47,759 bases of DNA, taken from positions 1-47,759 of the forward strand of contig JAUTXA010000070.1 in assembly GCA_030838265.1 (NCBI GenBank), given 5' to 3'. Both the position numbers and the translations under genes were made by a program. Source of the DNA: Actinomycetota bacterium. Its GTDB lineage: Bacteria; Actinomycetota; Acidimicrobiia; Acidimicrobiales; BP-101. Below the pieces are notes generated by a model, which was given only the letters and a program-made list of their open reading frames with translations, was not told where the DNA came from and did not search any database. Below, in pieces: positions 42,132 through 47,759 of this stretch (position 1 is the stretch's first letter; each line of letters begins with the position of its first letter).

Positions 42132-42953
42132 GTGGAGAGCGGACCCGACATCGAAGCGAGGTGGGTCCCAGTGGCCGTCTCGATCCTCCGCCACACGGTC
42201 TGGCGCTGCCCGGCAAAGCTCCGGCGAGCTGCCCTGCGCCTCGCTCCCGTCCGGCGAGCGCGGCGCGCCCTCTACCGGCCGTTCGGCGTGCGGTCGCTTC
42301 CAGTTCCGGGCCTCGGCTACCGGATGCGGGTCGATCTCGAGAAGTTCGACCAACGGGCTCAGCTGCGCGTGCCCTATCCCGAGCAGTACGTCGTCGACCA
42401 CCTGCGCTCCGTCCTCCGTCCCGGGGCGTGCGGGCTCGACGTCGGCGCCTACTGCGGCTACTTCACCCTGCTGATGGCCCGAGGCGCCGGCCCCTCGGGG
42501 CGGGTGTTCGCCTTCGAGCCCGTGCCACCAAACGCCGCAGCCCTGCGGGCCACCCTCGCCCTCAACGAGCTGCCGAACGTGGCCGTGGTCGAGGCGGCGG
42601 TCACCGACACGCCAGGCACGGTCACCATCCGGGTGGCGGGGCCCGCCAGCTCGGTCGTCGGCGAGCGGGGCGATCCCGTCGTGGTCGAGGCCGTCACCAT
42701 CGATGGGTGGGCGGAGGCGAGCGGTTTGTCGGCCGTCGACGTGGTCAAGCTCGACGTCGAAGGCGCGGAGCTGGCCGCCCTGCGAGGCATGGCCTCGACG
42801 CTACGAATCCACCGACCGCAGCTGGTGGTCGAGGTCAACGACTCGACCACGCAGAGGGAGGTCGAGGCGTGGCTGGGCGAGGCCGGCTACGGCACGAAGA
42901 TCATCGGGCGGGCGTACCACGGCGCCCACCTGGCGGCATGGCCCCTGACCTGA
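42132..42953 (+). CDS. FkbM-family SAM-dependent methyltransferase
   Basis: GLDVGAYCGYFTLLMAR...RVFAFEPVPPNAAAL and VVKLDVEGAELAAL, both typical of the FkbM family. GTG start is uncertain. Confidence 0.7.
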   Translation: MESGPDIEARWVPVAVSILRHTVWRCPAKLRRAALRLAPVRRARRALYRPFGVRSLPVPGLGYRMRVDLEKFDQRAQLRVPYPEQYVVDHLRSVLRPGACGLDVGAYCGYFTLLMARGAGPSGRVFAFEPVPPNAAALRATLALNELPNVAVVEAAVTDTPGTVTIRVAGPASSVVGERGDPVVVEAVTIDGWAEASGLSAVDVVKLDVEGAELAALRGMASTLRIHRPQLVVEVNDSTTQREVEAWLGEAGYGTKIIGRAYHGAHLAAWPLT

Positions 42954-43093
42954 GCTCGAAGCGTCCGCTTTTTCCGTAGACAGGCAGGAAAGCGCGCTCC
43001 AGGGGACGAATCTACGACCCAGACAGAACGGATGGGCCGACCCTACGGTCCGCCGCTCGGGGCAACGATGCAGCTGGGAAAGGGTTGGGGATC

Positions 43094-44386
43094 ATGACAC
43101 TCACGACGACACAGATCGTCCCCACGCCGGGCCGCCGGGCACGAGCTTCGGCCACGCACAAGATCATCGTGCTGGTGGTGGCCCTGATCGGGTCGCTCGT
43201 CGGGGGAGGCGCCATCGCCCCGGCTCAGGCCAGCGCCGTCTCGCAGCCGTTCACGGCCGCAGGGACAGTGTCAAACGCCAACGCGTCGATCGAGCCCGGG
43301 AACGTCGAGGCCGCCAACGCCGCCTTCGTCCTCAACCCGGTGACCGAGTCCTCGGGCAGCACGTACAAGTACTACGGCGCCGACGGATCGCTCAAGATCT
43401 ACGCCACGCCCAACACGAACTACTACCTGCAAGACGTCGAGGGTAACTACCACCGCTCCGACTACGCCCACGTCGTGGTCCAGGGCCTTCCCGTGCGGGT
43501 CAACGGCGACCGGTACACGGAGAAGACCGGCGTCGAGCACTTCGTCGCCAACTCGGTGTTCAACCCGCCCCCGCCTCCCTCGACGGCGACGGGAGGCAGC
43601 CGCGTCCCCACCTGCGGCAGCGACACCAACCCCTTCCACAACCGCGTTGGCAACTTCGCCCTGGTCGCCAGCATCACGTCGCTGACCGCCCACTACCCCT
43701 GCACCACGACCCCGAAGTACCCGGGCGGCATCGTCCTCGGCAACTTCCAGACGTCGCTGGCCCCGCTCGTCGCCCAGGGCGTCAACGCCTACGGCGGCAG
43801 CAACCTCGAGGTGTACCACACGCCTGCGACGAAGTTCATCTTCGGCGACAAGACCTCGGACTACAACCACGTCGTCAAGCGCGGCCAGCAGGTCTTCGTG
43901 ACCGGCACGTACACCCATGAGTTCGGCAGCTGGCTCTTCTACGCCAAGATCATCTGGACTCCCGGACCTCCCCCCGCCCCGACGGCCACGACCTACTACA
44001 CCGACAGGACCGACATTCGGGCCGCCGCCACCACGGACGGGGCTTGGCAAGGTACGTCGACCACGGCCGACGGACACTTCCCCAACGGCCAGTTCCAGTC
44101 GAACCTGGTGTGGAGCCAGAACGGGACGGACTGGACGGTCAGCGGCACGTGGGTGATCTTCGACGGGAACGGCAACGCCCTGCGCGGCAATCTCACCGGC
44201 TACACCAGTGGCACCTTTCTCGACATGACCTTCGAGATCACCAGTGGTGAGGGCACGCAGATCAACGCCCAAGGTGGTGGCGACCTCAGCGGCACGGTGA
44301 ACCCGAGCCCGCCAGGCATCGCCCCGAGCGCCTTCGAGGGCAAGGCCGTGCTCCAGGAGATCTTCCCGGCCCAAGCCAACGGCTGA
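43094..44386 (+). CDS. secreted or anchored hypothetical protein with internally duplicated domain and poly-Pro linkers
   Basis: ATG at 43094. N-terminal hydrophobic segment HKIIVLVVALIGSLVGGGAIAPAQA. Two related modules, each ending in a PPPPP/PGPPP linker. No catalytic motif recognised. Confidence 0.5.
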   Translation: MTLTTTQIVPTPGRRARASATHKIIVLVVALIGSLVGGGAIAPAQASAVSQPFTAAGTVSNANASIEPGNVEAANAAFVLNPVTESSGSTYKYYGADGSLKIYATPNTNYYLQDVEGNYHRSDYAHVVVQGLPVRVNGDRYTEKTGVEHFVANSVFNPPPPPSTATGGSRVPTCGSDTNPFHNRVGNFALVASITSLTAHYPCTTTPKYPGGIVLGNFQTSLAPLVAQGVNAYGGSNLEVYHTPATKFIFGDKTSDYNHVVKRGQQVFVTGTYTHEFGSWLFYAKIIWTPGPPPAPTATTYYTDRTDIRAAATTDGAWQGTSTTADGHFPNGQFQSNLVWSQNGTDWTVSGTWVIFDGNGNALRGNLTGYTSGTFLDMTFEITSGEGTQINAQGGGDLSGTVNPSPPGIAPSAFEGKAVLQEIFPAQANG

Positions 44387-44398
44387 CCCGAGCTGGCC

Positions 44399-45619
44399 TC
44401 AGCCCGCTCCCTCTGACTCTGCCCAACTGGCCGCCAGCTCGGCGGCCAGTTGCGCGAGCGAGAACCGCTCCTCGACCCGCTTCCTGGCGGCCCGTCCCAT
44501 GACCAGCAGCTCGGCCTCCGGTAGACGGGACACGGTCAAGAGTGCGTCGGCCAAGGCGGCCGGGTCGCGGGTGGGGACGAGGCGGCCGACCTCGGCGTCG
44601 ACCATCTCGGGGTTGCCCACCTCGTCGGTGACCACGCACGGGATCTCCATGGCCAGGGCCTCCTTGACGACGACGGGCTGGGAGTCGAGGTCGCCGTTCG
44701 AGGCCACGACGCACGGAAGGCAGAAGACCGAGGCCTCCTCGAGGACTTCTCGGATCTCGTCCTGCGTCATGGCGCCCTCGAGGGTCACCAGGGCGCCGAG
44801 GTCGAGCTCGGCGATGAGACGCTCGAGCAGGGGCCGCTGGGTGCCTTCACCGATGATGCGGCACCGGAAGGCGAGGCCCCCATCGCGGAGGCGGGCGCAG
44901 GCCCGGACCAAGTCGTCGAAGGCCTTCTTCTCCTCGAGACGGCTCACCCCCACGATGGTGAAGGGGTCGCGTCGGTAGGGATGGTGGCGTCGGAACCGAT
45001 CGACCTGGACACCACACGGAATGACGACCAGCCGGCGGGCCAGGCCCGGCCACTGGGCCTCGATGCGGCGGCGGTTGTACTGGCAGACCGTCACCACCAG
45101 GTCGGCCCGCTGGAGCTTGCGCTCGACGTCGAACGGACCCTGGAAGATGTCATTGGCGTGGGCCGTGAACGAGAACCGGCACCGCAACCCGGCCGCGGCC
45201 AGCAACGCCGTCGAGGCCGACGCCCGGGCGAAGTGAGCGTGCAGGCGGGCCGGGGGTGAGCTTCCGAGGGCGTCGATGAGGACGATGGCGCGGCCGAGGG
45301 CGTGGAGCTGGAGGCGGCTGGGCCGACGCAGGGCAAGGGCGATCGTCCGTCCCAGGCCGCCAGGACGCCGGCGGGCCACTCGCGCCGCGGCCCGGATGAA
45401 GGCGCCCGGATGCTTGGTCGGCGAGAGGAGTCGGGTGAAGGCCAGGTCGCCGGCTGAGGCATCGAGGCCAGTCGGGTCGTAGAGGCTGAAGACATGGGGC
45501 CGGATGCCCAGCCTGGCCAGCTCGCGCAGCTCGTTCTGGATGAACGTCTGCGACAAGACCGGGAAGCCGTCGACGACGTAGGCGATGGAGCGAGACTCGT
45601 CATCGGGACGGCTCGTCAA
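44399..45619 (-). CDS. GT4-family glycosyltransferase (WcaL-like)
   Basis: N-terminus IAYVVDGFPVLSQTFIQNEL. C-terminal GT-B motif with EGTQRP..., CLPCVVASNGDLDSQPVVVKEALAMEIPCV. TTG at 45619 overlaps the upstream TGA (TTGA) and is preferred over the TTG at 45652. Confidence 0.8.
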   Translation of the reverse strand: MTSRPDDESRSIAYVVDGFPVLSQTFIQNELRELARLGIRPHVFSLYDPTGLDASAGDLAFTRLLSPTKHPGAFIRAAARVARRRPGGLGRTIALALRRPSRLQLHALGRAIVLIDALGSSPPARLHAHFARASASTALLAAAGLRCRFSFTAHANDIFQGPFDVERKLQRADLVVTVCQYNRRRIEAQWPGLARRLVVIPCGVQVDRFRRHHPYRRDPFTIVGVSRLEEKKAFDDLVRACARLRDGGLAFRCRIIGEGTQRPLLERLIAELDLGALVTLEGAMTQDEIREVLEEASVFCLPCVVASNGDLDSQPVVVKEALAMEIPCVVTDEVGNPEMVDAEVGRLVPTRDPAALADALLTVSRLPEAELLVMGRAARKRVEERFSLAQLAAELAASWAESEGAG

Positions 45620-47759
45620 CGCACGACCGCCAGGATCGACGACGATGCGCAAGACACGACGAGCCGGTCGCCCACCGCGACGAGCGACGTCGGCCCACTT
45701 CCCGCCGGGAGGTCGACCCGGCGCTTGACGCCCGTCTCATCGATGCCGACGACGGCATCGAGGTCGAACAGCGCGGCCCACAGCAAGCCGTCGGGCCCGA
45801 AGGCCAGACCGAACGGCGTGCCGGGAAGCTCGAGGGTGACCGTCCCCCGATCGGGGTCGTCGAGCGACAGCCGGCTGACCAGCGGCTGCACGAAGTGGCC
45901 GAGCCACAGGTGCAGCCCGTCGGGCGAGACCACGGCCGTCCGGACCCGGCCAGCCGTGGGGAACACCCGGTCGCCACTGGACCCGCCCACGCGCGCCAGC
46001 ACCGGGCGGCCGATGTCGGTGACCCATAGGCAGCCGCGGCCGTCGGCCACGACAGTGTCGGGGCGCAGCATGCCGTCGGGCAGGTCGCGGGCAAGGGTGC
46101 CATCGTCAACCCGCCACAGCCTCCGATGCCACGAGTCGACGACCCATGCCGCGCCCTGATCCCAGGTCGCACCCAACAGCTCGCGAGTGCGGGGGAGGCG
46201 AACCCGACTCGTCGCCCCGGACTCGGGGTCGACCACCGCCACCTTGCTGGCCAGCGTCAGCGCCACCCACGCCCGCCCGCGGTCGTCGCACCCCACGATG
46301 TGAGGCCACAACGGAAGACGCCACGTGCGCCACTCACCGGTCGTCAGGTCATGCCAAGCCAGCGTGGAGGAATCCCGGATGGTCAACCAGAGACGCTCGC
46401 CGCCGGCTGCCGTCAGCCAGAACGGGAAGACGCCCGGTACCGCTATCTGATCTTCGACCACCTGGCGCCGCGGGAGGACGCCGACCGGCCACCCTGCCGC
46501 CTCATCGGCGCCGGCCGTCACCGAGGGCGCGGCGGTGGCCAAGCTGGCCGCCTCGTCGGGAACCGGCGGCGACACACCGGGACCAGGGCGGCGAACCTTC
46601 CGAATCAGATCGAGAATGAACCGGCGGTCGACGGCGACGACGGCGATGACCGAGAGGACGACGTCGGCCCCGACCAAGGCAAGGAATCCGACGATGGTGC
46701 GGGGAGCGCCCACGGCGTGACGCAAGCCGTAGGCGGCGGCCGCTGCGACCGATCCGGCCGCGACCTCACGCCATGTGTCTCGCAGCAAGTTCATGCCGGG
46801 GAAGAGGCGATGGATCGGGATCTGCCGGGTGACGATGGCGATGATCCCGAGGCTGCCAATGGCCCACGCCGCGCCATTCAGACCGAACAGGACCACGGCG
46901 GGGAGGAGGACGAGGAAGACCCAGAGCTCGTTGACGATCGACCAGGCCAAGGTGGGCTTGGTGCGGCCCCGGGCCCGGAAGAAGATGTCCCACGAAAAGC
47001 CGATGCTGCCGAGAACGATGGCGATGCCCTGCATCCGCAGGAGGAAGACGGCCGGCGCCCACTTCGGGCCGAGGATGAGGTGGGCGAGATCGCCGGCGAA
47101 GATGGCCAGGCCGAACCCGATGGGTCCTGACCACATGGCGGTGACACGGTTGGTGGCCACGAATGCCCGGCGCTGGCCCTCGACGTCGTCGGGGACTCGG
47201 CAGAGGGCGGGGAAGAGCGTCTGGGCCACCATGGCATCGAGCCGGAAGGCCCTCGCGGCCAGGCCCTGGGCCACGCTGAAGAAGCCGAGGGCGGCCAAAC
47301 CGAGGGACTTGGAGATGACGAGGGTCCCGGCGACGGTCGTCGACAGGCCAAGGAGCCGACTGACCCAGAGCGGCCAGCCGTAGGCCACGAACCGGCGGGC
47401 GACGGGGCCGTCCATCTTCACTCGGGGCCGCATCGGGGTCGCCCATGCCACCGCCACGGCCGAGACCACGAGGGCGGCGACCGACCCGTCGACGAGCGCC
47501 CAGATGCCGTAGCCGGCATAGGCAAGCGGGATGGTCACGACGAAGCCGACGACCGGGCCCAACGCGCTGATGATGTTCTGCTTCAGGTAGTCGAGTCCCC
47601 GCATGTACAGGGCGCTGGGCAGGCCCAAGAAGGCGTTGGTGTAGACGGTCAGAGCCAGGACAGCGACGATCGGCACCAGGTTGGAGCGGTGGTAGTAGGC
47701 GGCGATGAGGGGAGAAAGAGCGAGCACCATGACGAACAGCGCGGTCGAGAGGATGAGCT
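45616..47759 (-). CDS. Wzx/MOP-type polysaccharide flippase fused to a C-terminal beta-propeller-like domain (5' end outside the window)
   Basis: The reading frame stays open to the window edge upstream of the first ATG (LILSTALFV-MVLAL...). About 10 TM helices of Polysacc_synt_C type are visible. The last 275 aa or so carry about 40-aa repeats with G..LW(V/L) blades. Confidence 0.7.
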   Translation of the reverse strand, partial: LILSTALFVMVLALSPLIAAYYHRSNLVPIVAVLALTVYTNAFLGLPSALYMRGLDYLKQNIISALGPVVGFVVTIPLAYAGYGIWALVDGSVAALVVSAVAVAWATPMRPRVKMDGPVARRFVAYGWPLWVSRLLGLSTTVAGTLVISKSLGLAALGFFSVAQGLAARAFRLDAMVAQTLFPALCRVPDDVEGQRRAFVATNRVTAMWSGPIGFGLAIFAGDLAHLILGPKWAPAVFLLRMQGIAIVLGSIGFSWDIFFRARGRTKPTLAWSIVNELWVFLVLLPAVVLFGLNGAAWAIGSLGIIAIVTRQIPIHRLFPGMNLLRDTWREVAAGSVAAAAAYGLRHAVGAPRTIVGFLALVGADVVLSVIAVVAVDRRFILDLIRKVRRPGPGVSPPVPDEAASLATAAPSVTAGADEAAGWPVGVLPRRQVVEDQIAVPGVFPFWLTAAGGERLWLTIRDSSTLAWHDLTTGEWRTWRLPLWPHIVGCDDRGRAWVALTLASKVAVVDPESGATSRVRLPRTRELLGATWDQGAAWVVDSWHRRLWRVDDGTLARDLPDGMLRPDTVVADGRGCLWVTDIGRPVLARVGGSSGDRVFPTAGRVRTAVVSPDGLHLWLGHFVQPLVSRLSLDDPDRGTVTLELPGTPFGLAFGPDGLLWAALFDLDAVVGIDETGVKRRVDLPAGSGPTSLVAVGDRLVVSCASSSILAVVR

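Noticed and set aside
42954-43084. Imperfect inverted repeat (CGCTTTTTCC...GGAAAGCG) after the FkbM gene, as a possible terminator
   Set aside because: The stem is short and bulged, and no convincing U-tract is present. Support is too weak to report it as a feature.
1-47759. Search for integrase, transposase, IS ends, rRNA, toxin-antitoxin pairs or known defence genes
   Set aside because: None recognised in any frame. The only mobility signature is the tRNA-Glu 3'-half duplication.

Overview
47.8-kb, very GC-rich chromosomal segment (composition judged by eye, not computed). It looks Actinomycetota-like: BldC-type regulator, clpS-DUF2017 pair, tRNA Glu/Asp/Phe set, many GTG/TTG starts and 4-nt stop/start overlaps. 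Long antisense ORFs in the track are mostly artefacts. Trimmed start coordinates come from counting residues in the ORF track and checking the codon in the sequence. Contents, left to right: secreted alpha/beta hydrolase; OpuB/OpuC-type compatible-solute ABC transporter; serS; DrrAB-like ABC-2 exporter; a roughly 8.7-kb minus-strand respiratory operon; ctaB and divergent ctaA; clpS-DUF2017; PQQ-type sugar dehydrogenase with an N-terminal repeat array; alpha/beta hydrolase; an S51-like/CysRS-C-terminal fusion; tRNA-Glu; a 2.2-kb cargo segment bounded by a perfect 50-bp repeat of the tRNA-Glu 3' half; a large S8 protease; tRNA-Asp and tRNA-Phe; HAD hydrolase; ACT-malic enzyme; bldC-like gene; Leu/Val dehydrogenase plus fused BCKDH E1; pyrE; a GAF histidine kinase/receiver pair; purM-purF; an ECF sigma factor with a long C-terminal extension; and the edge of a glycan locus (FkbM methyltransferase, secreted repeat protein, GT4, flippase fused to a beta-propeller). 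The strongest candidate for something new sits at the head of the respiratory operon. Three tightly coupled genes form a shadow oxidase set: a subunit I paralog that keeps the heme-ligand histidines but has lost every CuB ligand, a subunit III paralog, and a 7-TM protein ending in a type-1 cupredoxin. They run directly into a canonical caa3 set (ctaC-ctaD-ctaE-subunit IV-ctaG-tlpA). The second candidate is the integrase-less tRNA-Glu mini-island, which carries an orphan proteasome-beta-like Ntn hydrolase. No CRISPR array, transposase, integrase or rRNA was seen.
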